A stretch of DNA of 63,241 nucleotides, the filler included, from Octopus bimaculoides (Eukaryota), in assembly GCF_001194135.2 (NCBI RefSeq). It is 7 parts of 5 records of this genome, joined end to end, with 100 filler letters (N's around TTAATTAATTAA, not from the genome) between each part and the next. Parts side by side here need not be neighbours in the genome. Positions count along the whole stretch, not along the records: positions 21,306 to 28,143 come from NC_068999.1; positions 28,244 to 39,785 come from NC_069007.1; 5 more parts are not named here. One strand, 5' to 3'. The notes under the pieces were generated by a model. That model saw only the letters and a program-made list of their open reading frames with translations, did not search any database and was not told where the DNA came from. Below, in pieces: positions 23,421 to 38,088 of this stretch; position 1 is the first letter of the stretch, and each line of letters starts with the position of its first letter. The translations under genes and the position numbers were made by a program.

Positions 23421-25993
23421 ACCTTTCTAGTACTCAATAACGTTTAAGACAGTGTAGTCAGGGGACATGAGTCAACGCTGGCTGATGATATACTCTTGAA
23501 GGAGCTCATGGGTTGGAGGGGAGGCCCAAAGAAACAAAAGAAGTAATGCTGTAACCGATGTTCTATACCCAATAATTTTTTTAAATGAATATCCTAGTTC
23601 CAGGTTGCGTCCTGTTAGATAGAGCATCGAAGTAAATATGCTAGACCAATACATATTGAGATCTAAGTATATTTAGTTACATACAAAAGTAGACAGTGTG
23701 TGAGAGAGCAATAATTGATTATAAATCGACCTCGTTACTTGAGTGGTTGGTACTTGTTGTATTAGTCCTGGTGGGATTTGAATAGAGAACGTAAAGTGCG
23801 TCAAGAAATATCGAAAGGCGTTTTTGTCGTTGATTTTAACGATATTGCTACTTCACTAACCTAATAGCCAATTTTAAATGACACAAACGTGTGCTTTGCG
23901 TTGGATTTTGGCTCCTTATGAGCCCTAACATTGTACAACAATGATCAAAGCCATTACAATTATGACTATCGTATATTTTTGTATATCTATGATTACATAG
24001 CCTGTGTAGATTTCCTATGATGCTTGCCATTCTAATCTGATACATCTCATTCGTGTATCGCCAACACACTGAAGTCATTTGTAAGTATAACTGCACATAC
24101 ACCTGCGTATAGAAAGCTACGATTTGAATATAATTAGGCCGATATTTTTGCCAGTTTGAATAACTCCTTAGACACGCATTTATTGTCATGTTTCGACTAG
24201 CTTATTGTTAATTAACAGAAATCACATGTGATAACAATAATGCATATGTGTTTTCCCAGACATGTACTGCGTAATACAACCACCGTTTTCTTTTCTCTCT
24301 CTCTCTTTTCGCTTTTGTTTTTGCAGGCGGAGAATGTGATCTGTGAAAAATTTAGTAGTTATTTCTTGCAATTTGAACGACCTTCTAGAGGCTTCATCAT
24401 TGGCTAGATTATATAAATGTTCAGACATTATGATTAAGCTTACGTTGCTTAAAATGTCGATTACAGACTACGTGACTATATATTAAAAGGAAATAGATAA
24501 TTATCTAGGCAGCGTACACCTTGTTCGCTATTGAATTTTATATGCATATTTAACACCAAATAACTTTTCATAACAATTAGATAGAGAAAAAGATAATAAA
24601 ATGTCTTATCTGCGTCTATGTAATTTATCGTATGAAGCGGAGAATCTTGGAAATATATATATATTTAATTGTCATCTTTGAATTGTGCTCTGTATTTAGT
24701 ATACTTACGCATGAACAAAATTTACACAAGAACAACCAGTGTCATATATTTATGTACTCGTAAATATAAATCTACATATTTTTATGCATTTACATTGTAT
24801 ATTCAAACATATAATTAAACAAAAAAAAAACTCTCACTTTTTATGTACTTGTATACATAAATATATTCTTGGACATAAATCTCTCTAGGCATATGTTAAT
24901 GTTATTGTATATATAGGTATATTTAACAATATCGTTATATATAGTATGTGCCTGTGCGTCTGTATGTATGCGTAAAAGTGTGTGTATGTGTGTGTGTATG
25001 TGGGAAGCTTGTGAAAGAATGGGATAGGGAAATTAAGTGCCATTATCAGCAAAATCTACAAAAGCGGTTTTGTTAATATCATGAAAATATCAATATCAAT
25101 ACCAGTAGCTACGTATGTATGAATGTATATATGTATGTATGTATCTGTCTATTTATCTATCTGTTTATATCTCTCTCTCTCTATGTATATATACATGCAC
25201 ACACGCAAATACACACACACGCACGTACATACATACATATATAACAATATCCTCTCTATATGTATGTTTATGTATGTATCTCCACATACATAGTTGTTAT
25301 ATATATACATATATATATATATATANNNNNNNNNNNNNNNNNNNNNNNNNNNNNNNNNNNNNNNNNNNNNNNNNNNNNNNNNNNNNNNNNNNNNNNNNNN
25401 NNNNNNNNNNNNNNNNNNNNNNNNNNNNNNNNNNNNNNNNNNNNNNNNNNNNNNNNNNNNNNNNNNNNNNNNNNNNNNNNNNNNNNNNNNNNNNNNNNNN
25501 NNNNNNNNNNNNNNNNNNNNNNNNNNNNNNNNNNNNNNNNNNNNNNNNNNNNNNNNNNNNNNNNNNNNNNNNNNNNNNNNNNNNNNNNNNNNNNNNNNNN
25601 NNNNNNNNNNNNNNNNNNNNNNNNNNNNNNNNNNNNNNNNNNNNNNNNNNNNNNNNNNNNNNNNNNNNNNNNNNNNNNNNNNNNNNNNNNNNNNNNNNNN
25701 NNNNNNNNNNNNNNNNNNNNNNNNNNNNNNNNNNNNNNNNNNNNNNNNNNNNNNNNNNNNNNNNNNNNNNNNNNNNNNNNNNNNNNNNNNNNNNNNNNNN
25801 NNNNNNNNNNNNNNNNNNNNNNNNNNNNNNNNNNNNNNNNNNNNNNNNNNNNNNNNNNNNNNNNNNNNNNNNNNNNNNNNNNNNNNNNNNNNNNNNNNNN
25901 NNNNNNNNNNNNNNNNNNNNNNNNNNNNNNNNNNNNNNNNNNNNNNNNNNNNNNNNNNNNNNNNNNNNNNNNNNNNNNNNNNNNNNNNNNNNN

Positions 25994-26037
<44 letters not shown>

Positions 26038-26040
<3 letters not shown>

Positions 26041-26898
26041 GATGCGATGGGTAAACTATAGCCATTTTATATATTTTTTAATTTCGTGCATGTGCGTTGT
26101 TTGTTTTTGATTTTGTCGACTACACAGTATAGTACGATCTGTTGGACTCCCACCGTTTGTGAGAGATAAAGCACCGTGACGCAATTCACTCTGCCAGAAA
26201 TTGGGAAACGACATGATGTACTGCTTAGCGTTCGTGCCGGAAGTCCCAATACGTAAATATCAGAGTCTTTGGGTGTCAATCATAGGACTTGCAGTGTCCC
26301 CAAAGCATGTTCCGAGAGTGGTAAAAATCAGATACCCAGTCAACATTATGGTGTTTGGAGTGATCACTTGTGATGGTGACGTTATGCCTCTATTCATCAT
26401 CCCACACGGCCTCAAACTCAACATGGAGTGCTTCGAGGAGGTAGTGTTGGTTTGGGTTAAAAGGGTACCACATAGAAGACCCTATGTCTGGCAACAGGAC
26501 TCTGCACTATGGCACACAATCAGGAAAACCCATTCATGGCTTTCAGACAATTTCTGCGATCACTTCACCCCTAACATTTGGCCCTCATACACTCCAGCAT
26601 GCAACCCCCTTGATTATTATGTGTAGGACGCAGTTGAGAATACAAAACTCCTTGTGACACCAAAAATGAACTGATGGCAATGATTATGGCAGCATTCACC
26701 AACCGTCCAGAAGTGTTGCAGTAGATTTCGAAGTCGTCTGGGAACCTTGATCAAAGCCAATGTCAATTTTATTGCATACATTTATTCTTTAGTATTTCAA
26801 AATAATTTTACGTAACTTTGGTAATATATCTGTTAAAATGAGATGCCAGTTTTATTCTCCTTTTTGCGTAATTTAGACAATTTATTCACCGCAACCAG
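26038..26898 (+). mobile_element. Internally deleted Tc1/mariner DD37D (maT-type) transposon
   Basis: Left TIR caggatgcgatgggtaaa after (TA)n; degenerate right TIR gacaatttattcaccgcaacc; transposase remnant ...YPVNIMVFGVI...WQQD(37 aa)D in NPLDYYV. Confidence 0.85.
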
Positions 26899-26930
<32 letters not shown>

Positions 26931-26937
26931 AACAAAC

Positions 26938-26972
<35 letters not shown>

Positions 26973-27039
26973 CACACACAAACAAGCACACACACACAAA
27001 CAAACACACACACACAAACAAACACACACACACAAACAA

Positions 27040-27072
<33 letters not shown>

Positions 27073-27089
27073 AACACACACACACAAAC

Positions 27090-27120
<31 letters not shown>

Positions 27121-27902
27121 GATGTATGTATGTATATGTGCATATATATACANNNNNNNNNNNNNNNNNNNNNNNNNNNNNNNNNNNNNNNNNNNNNNNN
27201 NNNNNNNNNNNNNNNNNNNNNNNNNNNNNNNNNNNNNNNNNNNNNNNNNNNNGATTTATTTTATACCATCCTCTCAACGTCCTAATTTATTAAAAAAAAA
27301 AAACACGCAAGCATACACCCACGCACATAAATACAGAAATACGCGTGCAATGACACTAGACACTCGTACACACCATTTGTTAAAAGACGTACATACATAT
27401 ATGTGTATCTATACATAGATACATATATATGTAATATGTTAATGTGAATACTGGTAAAATCAATATTGTCTGTTGAGACAATATTTTTAACGTATATATA
27501 AATATATTATATTTGATATAAACATTTCCTGGTTTCTAAACCACGAAGAGCCTGAATAAATTTGAGGTTAATTGCGAAATGATTTGTTACCGAATTACCA
27601 TTCTGTACACGCAACGCATCTACAATGAGTTCATTATAAGAATATTAAATCTTAAGATGTTGGTCAAGAAACGTTCCAGAAAGTAAATGTTACTCTTATT
27701 TGGTTAAGATGTGCGGTCTTTACGTGTCAAGGATTCCTTTTATAACTAAGCCAAATAAACATTTCGTGTTTGTGATTGGTAATATTCTGTGTACTGCATC
27801 ATATTACATGAATGCATCCCTGTGATGTGTATATATTTGTATCTGTATGTATCTGTATATGTACATGCACACACACACACAAAGAGAAATATATACATAC
27901 AT

Positions 27903-27933
<31 letters not shown>

Positions 27934-28090
27934 CGTGTGTATATATATACACGTATATATATATTTATGTATAAGCATGTATTCATAGAATACACATTTG
28001 TATATGCTCATATGTGTAGACTTCTTTGTAACAGTAAGTACGTTTTATCCATACATGTATGTGCATATATAACCGCTTATAATTTGACTT

Positions 28091-28143
<53 letters not shown>

Positions 28144-28614
28144 NNNNNNNNNNNNNNNNNNNNNNNNNNNNNNNNNNNNNNNNNNNNTTAATTAATTAAN
28201 NNNNNNNNNNNNNNNNNNNNNNNNNNNNNNNNNNNNNNNNNNNGTGTGTGTGTGTTTGTGTCTGTTTGTGTTTTTATGTGTGTGTGTCTAGAGTCGAAAG
28301 ATACACACGTCCTTAAGCAGATATCGCTTCTTTACTTGTTTCTTTGCCATTAGTGAATTTTTCTAATTCTGCTTTGATAAAAACTTCACCTGAAGCGCGC
28401 CAATCTATTTCTTTTCATTTTCATTTTCATTGCAACGACATAGAATTCACTGCGCACAACTTTTTTTCTTTCCTTTCATGATTTGTGTCTGTTTACATTT
28501 TGTCCTCCGCCCTTCGAAGTTTTTCTCACTAATAGTAACCTTTCAAGTTGTCTAAATTCCCGTCTCTTATTCACCTCCTGGCCTTTGTACTATTTTATCT
28601 ACACACACACACGC

Positions 28615-28664
<50 letters not shown>

Positions 28665-29078
28665 NNNNNNNNNNNNNNNNNNNNNNNNNNNNNNNNNNNN
28701 NNNNNNNNNNNNNNNNNNNNNNNNNNNNNNNNNNNNNNNNNNNNNNNNNNNNNNNNNNNNNNNNNNNNNNNNNNNNNNNNNNNNNNNNNNNNNNNNNNNN
28801 NNNNNNNNNNNNNNNNNNNNNNNNNNNNNNNNNNNNNNNNNNNNNNNNNNNNNNNNNNNNNNNNNNNNNNNNNNNNNNNNNNNNNNNNNNNNNNNNNNNN
28901 NNNNNNNNNNNNNNNNNNNNNNNNNNNNNNNNNNNNNNNNNNNNNNNNNNNNNNNNNNNNNNNNNNNNNNNNNNNNNNNNNNNNNNNNNNNNNNNNNNNN
29001 NNNNNNNNNNNNNNNNNNNNNNNNNNNNNNNNNNNNNNNNNNNNNNNNNNNNNNNNNNNNNNNNNNNNNNNNNNNNNN

Positions 29079-29112
<34 letters not shown>

Positions 29113-29114
<2 letters not shown>

Positions 29115-29186
29115 GACAGGCTTCTTTCAGTTTCCGTCTACTAAATCCACTCACAAGGCTTTAGTCGGCTCGAGGCTATAGTAGAA
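29113..29186 (-). mobile_element. SINE family A central fragment
   Basis: Reverse complement of tgtcttctactatagcctcgagccgactaaagccttgtgagtggatttagtagacggaaactgaaagaagcc. Confidence 0.85.
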
Positions 29187-29193
29187 GACATAA

Positions 29194-29392
29194 AGGCGGC
29201 GAGTTGGCAGAAACTCGGTGAAACTGGGTGAAATGCTTAGCGGCATTTCGTCTGCCGTTACGTTTTGAGTTCAAATTCCGCTGAGGTCGGCTTTGCTCTT
29301 CATCCGTTCAGAGTCGATGAATTAAGTACCAGTTACGCACTGGGGATCGTCGTCCCCTATATGTTTAGCCCCTTACGGGCAATAAAGAAATA
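29194..29392 (+). mobile_element. SINE family B copy with an internal deletion
   Basis: ggcggcgagttggcagaaac...gagttcaaattccgctgagg...caataaagaaataac. Confidence 0.85.
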
Positions 29393-29522
29393 ACAACCAT
29401 AAGTATTATATTTAAGTGACTAATCTGTCGCGGTAGTTGTTGTGTAACTCCAAATCAATGTTGACTGTGCAAGGCTTTCACTAAAAGTTATCCAGCCATG
29501 ATCATCTAGTCTGCTGTTGTGA

Positions 29523-29760
29523 AGGTTCGTGGCTTAGTGGTTAGAGTTTTGGACTCATGATTATATGATTGTAGTTTCGATTCTTGGACCGGGCGTCGTG
29601 TTGTGTCCTTGAGTAAAACTCTTCGTTTCACGTTGCTCCAGTTCACTCAGCTCGCAAAAACGAGTAATTCTGCGACAGACCGCCGTCCTGTCCAGGTGGG
29701 GATAATATACACCATGAAACCGAGAAACCAGTCCTTATAAGGCAGCATCACTCGGGGAGG
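29523..29760 (+). mobile_element. SINE family C, different 3' tail
   Basis: cgtggcttagtggttagag...gtttcgattct...gtgtccttgagtaaaactc...ttcacgttgctccagttcactcagct. Confidence 0.8.
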
Positions 29761-31149
29761 ATCCCTATAAATTTTATATAGAGTGACTGGTTGACATTTC
29801 TGAAATAAATAAGTTTTCCAGTGTTGTTCTTGTATAAAAGTAACAATTTTAATCTGAAATTCGCCCCTCAATGTCGCACCTTCCGCAAAGAAAACAGTGA
29901 AATATTTCGTAGAATAAATCGGAGTCATTATTGATTTCACCCCAGAAAGCCCCTTGCATCGATTTTTCACATCTTGTATATGTCGTCGTATCGTGAAACT
30001 TGCCGCTTTATATCACGTACAAATATATACTCTGCCCTACTGTATTTAGTATATCCGTTGTCACAAAGACAGTTATCAAATCAAACGCAAATTCTAATGT
30101 TCCTTGTTTGAACGATATTTCAATCACCTTTCATTCGGATCAGAAACTACTCTCCTCCGTGATAAATAAATATTCTCACTCAATTTGACTATTTCCGGTG
30201 TTAAGAGTCATGCAGCGGCAATGACTATACACACTTTAACGAACTTGTCTTCGATGTGTGGATTCCCTTCCTTTCCAATTAACTCCCACACACTCACAAG
30301 CTATCTATCTAACTTTCGTGCGTTACGCAAGTTCTTTCATTAATGTGGCAGTCGATAATATATCGCTGTTTGCATGAAGATTCTTTAAAAATGTTCTAGC
30401 GTGTCTAAATGCAAAACTCCGTTTTCACTTTTGCCTAGCCTTCATGTTTGATTTTTACAATGGCGTATTTGTACAACCGTATAACCTACGGTCAAATCTT
30501 CACAAATATCTAATTATCTGTCCATTTTTCATCGAACAAAGAACCGATTCCGGCATTTTTTTTTCTTCCTCCATTAGTAATAGCCATTAGAGACAGGTTT
30601 ACTTTTAATCGTTTCAGATTTGTGATCTGAAATCTTTAAATAACCCTTGGCAAAGTTAGCGCTAAATGGTTGATATTAATTGGTTCTCTACACTTAATGC
30701 TGAATATCAGGTCTATGTTATGTCATCAAGTTGTAGATATATCGACACATAATTATTGTCACAAGACTAATCTTACATTATATTGAATCCATGCACTCTA
30801 TACCCCACAAATACGTGTGTTGCTACTGCAATTTAAATTTCCAAATCGTTTGGCGTACAGCCACATACAGTGGAGTGACTTTAAGGATTCTACAAAAATT
30901 TATACACTTAATTATTTAATAAAATAAAATATACACACTGCAGCAAATAACCTATATCATACGTTGCTTCTAGAGAAAAGTAAGACCTCACCCGACGGGC
31001 GAGATGGAAAGCTTTTTCACTATTCAGAATATTTTTTTTTTATATATCCAACGTACAAACAACCTGAAAGATTGTTTTTAGATACATAGCATATTTTATA
31101 AATATACCTAGTTAACGTATCATAAACGCATGTAAATATATGTTGCTCT

Positions 31150-31320
31150 TTCGGGTGTGTATTAAATGCCTGAGAGGCCTGCATGATGTGGATGTAGGTG
31201 TCTTCAATATCAAGCTGAATCTTCCCCTGTCAAGAGTTCCAGATGAGCCTACCACACGGCAAGAAACACAGATGAGAGCAGCAGCAGCAGTATCAGACTC
31301 CCTCATTCACCGAATGCTAT
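31150..31320 (+). mobile_element. Probable 3' end of a CR1/L2-type LINE ORF2
   Basis: LRGLHDVDVGVFNIKLNLPLSRVPDEPT resembles the FKxxLDxxL C-terminus of CR1-clade ORF2 (from recall). Confidence 0.45.
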
Positions 31321-31484
31321 GCATCAGAGTAGGTTTCAAAAAATAGTGTAGCACAGCCAACGATAGTGCTCCAGCATGACCGCAGCTTTAAAGCTGAAAC
31401 AAGAGAAAGTGTTAAAGACTTATATATACAAATAAACATACATACACACATACATACATACTTACATACATATACATACATATA

Positions 31485-31921
<437 letters not shown>

Positions 31922-33788
31922 ATTCCAACGTTGGATTGTTTCGAATGCCCTCTCTGTTCATGTTCTTCCTACAGGTTTCCACACGCACGCCTTTAAAAGA
32001 AATATTAATTGTTGCTGCTGAAATTAGTTATATCTACTCAAATTTTAATAGCTCTTAACTGTAGAAAGTAGTTTAAATACCAAGCTATATTCTTTCGAAG
32101 ATTCCTATGTTTGAAACTATTTTTGTTGAAGAATATCAAGTTTATTGACGCACCCTGACAAACAGAAAATAACAAAATCTATTTTTGCGTATTGGAATTA
32201 CCATGAATTTCAATGTTGCAGTTAAATGCTTCACGGCATTATTCCTAATGATCTTTGTATGCCGGGTCAGGACGAAAAGCGCTACTCTTTATCCCAAAGT
32301 TAAAATAATAAAAGTAATTATAAAACCCTCGTAGGAAAGCATGAACTTAAATATCTCAGTCTCATTAACGTTTCTAACGAAAGACGAAAAGACGAACCTG
32401 AACATACTAACAATCGAACCCCTTCCATCTGCAGCCATTATTATTCCACGAAGATTCTGATTTATTATCTCAAACAATATTTGATATTCCGTATATCATA
32501 TCACCGCAGTTGTTCGTTGCTGTCTGCAAATGCATAAAGATTTAAATATAGAAAGTGAGCGAAATTCAATTGTATTTTTCTCATTTTATTTAATATAATA
32601 AACTTAACAACGAACCATTGCGGCAACGGTACATAAACACGGTAGAAATCCAAAGCGAAAGTGAAAGTTATGCATCTCGATGTAATTATCTGTACCACAT
32701 GTACAACGTCTCGTAGCTCATGCGCAAAACCGGCAGCACAGCAGCAATAGCCATCATCAAAAGGTTCATTTTGGGAAAAGTGCTTTACTTTCAAATCTCG
32801 TCTTGCAAATATAACAATAACAAGCTGCTTGTCAGAAGAATTGACATATCCGGTCCTGTAACATTGTGGGCGATTGTCTTTCTAGTTTTCCATATCCTGG
32901 TTGGCTGGTTGGCCGACTGGCTGGTTGGCTGATTTTACTTTAAAACTTTCTTGTAAGGCGTCGAATGAGTAAGTAAAGCGAGAAGAGAAGACAGAGTAAA
33001 GGCGAATAAGCGAGGGGGTGGGGATGGGTGCCGGAAGAAAAGGAGGAGGTGCTGGAATTGAGGCTGGAGGTGCAGCTGGAAGAGGCAGTTAATGGACAGG
33101 GTGGAATGTGAAGTAGAGAGAGAGAGAGAGAGAGAGAGAAAAATTCAAGACAGAGATGTACGAAAAGCTGTAGGAGAACTAAACTAGAACTACTGGTGTA
33201 TATATANNNNNNNNNNNNNNNNNNNNNNNNNNNNNNNNNNNNNNNNNNNNNNNNNNNNNNNNNNNNNNNNNNNNNNNNNNNNNNNNNNNNNNNNNNNNNN
33301 NNNNNNNNNNNNNNNNNNNNNNNNNNNNNNNNNNNNNNNNNNNNNNNNNNNNNNNNNNNNNNNNNNNNNNNNNNNNNNNNNNNNNNNNNNNNNNNNNNNN
33401 NNNNNTATCTCTCTCTCTATTCACACACACACACACACACTCACACACACACACACACATATATATATATGTGGTGCGTAGGTTAATTTCGTAAAAACTT
33501 CTTTTGCCTCGTTCTCTCTTTCACTCTCACTCTCTTGTTAATTATGTTGTCTCAGAATTTTACTTTCTATCCTGCTCTCTAATATATATATATATATATA
33601 TACATATATACAGAGGGATAGAGACAAACCGAAAGACGGAAAGAGACGGAGAGAGAGACGAAGAGGACGAGAGAAAAAGTGAAAGAGTGAGAAAGAAATT
33701 GAGAGAAAGAGGAAGAAAGAAAGCTATGCAGCTGATTGCGTAGCTGAGAATGTGTGTGCAAAGATGAAATAATTAAGAACCAATAGAA

Positions 33789-33833
<45 letters not shown>

Positions 33834-33939
33834 AAAAGAGTGAAAAGGGAGACAAGAGAGAAAAGGACAGAGAGACACAATGGGAAGGTGTGAAAGAGAA
33901 TTGAGACACCAGTAGGATGACAAGGAGTGTGTGAGAGAC

Positions 33940-34340
33940 GACTAAAGATCATGAGACAGGAGAGAAAAGAAAGAGGAAATTAAAGTGTAAGGGAGTGTAA
34001 GGAAGTGTGGAGGAGAGTGGACAAAGGACAACGAGAGGGTAAAGGAAATGAGTGAGTTAAAGAGAAAGGATGGGTTAGGAAGTATGGGGAAGAGTGAAAA
34101 CAGGACAGAGAGAGAGGGTAAAGAAGGGGATAGAGTTAAAAGGAATGGGTGCGTTAGGAAGTATGGCGAGGAGTGGAGAAAAGTTAGTGAGAGAGAAAAG
34201 AAAATGAGAGTTAAAGCGAAAGTGAGTGTTAGGATTAATGGAGGAGGGTGGACAAAAGACAGAGAGAGGGTACAGAAGAGGAGAGAGTTAAAGCGAAAGG
34301 AAATATTCGGCAATATGAGGGAGAATGGTCGAAAGACGAT
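33940..34340. repeat. Purine-rich degenerate tandem repeat (about 70-80-bp units)
   Basis: ggagagtggacaaaggac...gagttaaagagaaagg recurs as ggagggtggacaaaagac...gagttaaagcgaaagg. Confidence 0.55.
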
Positions 34341-35873
34341 GAGAAAGGCAAAGCAAAGAAATGTGTTTTCCTTTCTCAGCGTTTGTGGGAAGATGTCCAA
34401 AATAGATGTGAATGCTGTGTTTATACACTTGAGTTCTTAACTATCTACTATTAAAATCAATAGTGCGTAGTAATTCAAACGGTCCACTTTGATAATCTGG
34501 TTGTAAAACGAAACCCACTATATTTAAACTTGCCTCCACCTATGTAATAAACGACTCGTTCACTGGTTTTCTTTTCTTCATTGTATTTAAATAGATTTGA
34601 AAAAGAATGTAAGTAAAATAATAATAATAATAATAATGATAAAGAAGAAGAAAAAACAATAATAAGTGGGTGTCAGCAAGTTTTCATGTTTTATTTTGGG
34701 TTTGGTTTGAGGGTAGGGGGTTGGGTTAGTGGTGGCGCGGGAAGGGAAAGAGAAAAAAGAGGAAACAAGGAAAATCAACGGAAACAAAAGGAATAAAAAT
34801 AATAATAGTAATANNNNNNNNNNNNNNNNNNNNNNNNNNNNNNNNNNNNNNNNNNNNNNNNNNNNNNNNNNNNNNNNNNNNNNNNNNNNNNNNNNNNNNN
34901 NNNNNNNNNNNNNNNNNNNNNNNNNNNNNNNNNNNNNNNNNNNNNNNNNNNNNNNNNNNNNNNNNNNNNNNNNNNNNNNNNNNNNNNNNNNNNNNNNNNN
35001 NNNNNNNNNNNNNNNNNNNNNNNNNNNNNNNNNNNNNNNNNNNNNNNNNNNNNNNNNNNNNNNNNNNNNNNNNNNNNNNNNNNNNNNNNNNNNNNNNNNN
35101 NNNNNNNNNNNNNNNNNNNNNNNNNNNNNNNNNNNNNNNNNNNNNNNNNNNNNNNNNNNNNNNNNNNNNNNNNNNNNNNNNNNNNNNNNNNNNNNNNNNN
35201 NNNNNNNNNNNNNNNNNNNNNNNNNNNNNNNNNNNNNNNNNNNNNNNNNNNNNNNNNNNNNNNNNNNNNNNNNNNNNNNNNNNNNNNNNNNNNNNNNNNN
35301 NNNNNNNNNNNNNNNNNNNNNNNNNNNNNNNNNNNCATATGTACGTGTGTGTGTATGCAGGAAGCATCTGGTCGATGGATAATCTTCTGAACTAATTAGA
35401 TATTGTTTCAGTTCTTTTTCTTTCCTTGCATAAAATATCGTATCAGACAGAGAAAAGTTTTAAGTTTCCTTAATCTTATAATAATTCTGCTTATCAATGC
35501 GTTACTTAGCCCGTCGGTGTCGCTTTCATGTGATTAGAGGTAAGGAGGGAAAAAAGAAACGCGAGAGAGAAAAAAAAAGAGAGGAGAATGAGAAAGGAGA
35601 GAGAAAAAGAGGATAAGGCGAAGTGTGAGAGAGTGAGAAGGACAAAGAAAAAGACGGAGAGAGAAAAAAATATAGAGAGAGAAAAAAATATAGAGAGAGA
35701 AAAAAATATAGAGAGAGAAGCGTCCATGATGTGAGGTATGGGGTACGTAATATTTATTACCTGCTTTAAAAAGTTAGTCGAAGGTAGTGATAGTATAGAG
35801 GATAGTTAAAATGTAATCTTAGCAGAGGGATGATGTTCTGATGGTAGGTAAAGAGAGGTACAGAGAGAGGGGA

Positions 35874-35904
<31 letters not shown>

Positions 35905-36743
35905 AAGAGAGAGAGAGAGGGATGGGAAAGAGAGATGATGAAGGTGGTGGTGTGGAGGTGGTTGTGGTGATTGGATAGTTAAAAGTATATTCAATTTTAA
36001 TTGAAAGTTTTTTTTTTTATATCACTTATCACTTAACAAGTGGCAGATATATTCAATTTAACTAAACGTTGTTTCATATTTACAGGATAGTTTTTTTATT
36101 TATGGGTAAAATGGAAAAAATAAGAGTGAATATTTATTTTATGAATACTGTGTATTAATTAAGTCTATAAAATTGTGCATAAATTATATAAAGTGTCTAT
36201 ATAAAATGCATTAAGTAATCATCGTATTCCAGTTTCTTTAACTTTTCAATGAGTAACAGATGAGCGACTATATTTCTATACAGACACAACAAGGCTACAC
36301 TTTTAAGTTTTTTGGATAAAGTTTTCAGAATTAACCCAATAAGTATACCATAATTCCATAAAATACACCTGGGTCCCGTTAGTCAATAATTACTTTGCGA
36401 CAAACGCCTTCGTGTAATAGAATATTTCCACTGCAACTATTAACGTTAGTCTCACATGCTGTATTTCCTAAATACTTGACATTTATCGAGATTCCGAACG
36501 TAAAGACACAACCATGTCTTGTACAATCTGGAAGCCCTACCTTCAATTTTGCCTTTAATTCTCTTTAATAATCATCACTTTATCCATTAATCCTCTAAGT
36601 ATGATGTTTTACGAAAATTAGCTCTTATCGCCACCAAATGAATTTGTCGTTGCAAGAATTTTAAGCATCTCGTCTTTCATTGAATAATAACATTTGAAGA
36701 TTTAAGCGTGTAGAATTTTGGTTTTGTCAAGCTTCACAACGTA

Positions 36744-36950
36744 TTAGGTTGGTGCATAATTATTGCCGCTTTTTTTCCAATAAATTTTATTCAACAAAAA
36801 ACTAAAAAAAAAGCGCCAAGCAGAAATTGGGGTAGATGGTGAATATGCGCCAGAATAATAATTTAAGGTTGTTTTTGTTAAACGTTGTTATTGTTTTTGT
36901 TGAATAAAATTTATTGAAAAAAAAGCAGCAAGAATTTTGCACCAACCTAA
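36744..36950. mobile_element. Second copy of the mariner MITE, opposite orientation
   Basis: Same TIRs with TA flanks; the internal sequence is the reverse complement of that in 18361-18563 (gcgccaagcagaaatt vs aaatttctgcttggcg). Confidence 0.88.
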
Positions 36951-38041
36951 TACTTCATCATTTCTNNNNNNNNNNNNNNNNNNNNNNNNNNNNNNNNNNN
37001 NNNNNNNNNNNNNNNNNNNNNNNNNNNNNNNNNNNNNNNNNNNNNNNNNNNNNNNNNNNNNNNNNNNNNNNNNNNNNNNNNNNNNNNNNNNNNNNNNNNN
37101 NNNNNNNNNNNNNNNNNNNNNNNNNNNNNNNNNNNNNNNNNNNNNNNNNNNNNNNNNNNNNNNNNNNNNNNNNNNNNNNNNNNNNNNNNNNNNNNNNNNN
37201 NNNNNNNNNNNNNNNNNNNNNNNNNNNNNNNNNNNNNNNNNNNNNNNNNNNNNNNNNNNNNNNNNNNNNNNNNNNNNNNNNNNNNNNNNNNNNNNNNNNN
37301 NNNNNNNNNNNNNNNNNNNNNNNNNNNNNNNNNNNNNNNNNNNNNNNNNNNNNNNNNNNNNNNNNNNNNNNNNNNNNNNNNNNNNNNNNNNNNNNNNNNN
37401 NNNNNNNNNNNNNNNNNNNNNNNNNNNNNNNNNNNNNNNNNNNNNNNNNNNNNNNNNNNNNNNNNNNNNNNNNNNNNNNNNNNNNNNNNNNNNNNNNNNN
37501 NNNNNNNNNNNNNNNNNNNNNNNNNNNNNNNNNNNNNNNNNNNNNNNNNNNNNNNNNNNNNNNNNNNNNNNNNNNNNNNNNNNNNNNNNNNATATAGATA
37601 TATATGTAGATATATATATATATGTAGATATGTGTGTGTGTATATATATAGGGTTATAAGCGTAGATATCTGTATGTATGTATGTATGTATGTGTTGTAT
37701 ATATGCTTTTTGACTAGGACATTCAGTTCTGCCTGACGAGTTATTCGTGTACCGAATTTTAAATTCAAGTCGAAATCATAAATTTGATTATAGTTTTTTT
37801 TCCTGCGTAGAACCTAACCTTCAGTAAATATTGCGTTGTTATTCTTCAATTTGCTTTAAAAATAACATTAACGTACCATGTATATATTTACTTATACGCA
37901 CCCATATATATGCAGTAATGCATCACATCTTTTATACCTATATGTACATATATATATATATAAATATATACATATATATATATATATATATTTATATATA
38001 TGTATACATATATATATACATATCATTATATGTATGTATAT

Positions 38042-38088
<47 letters not shown>

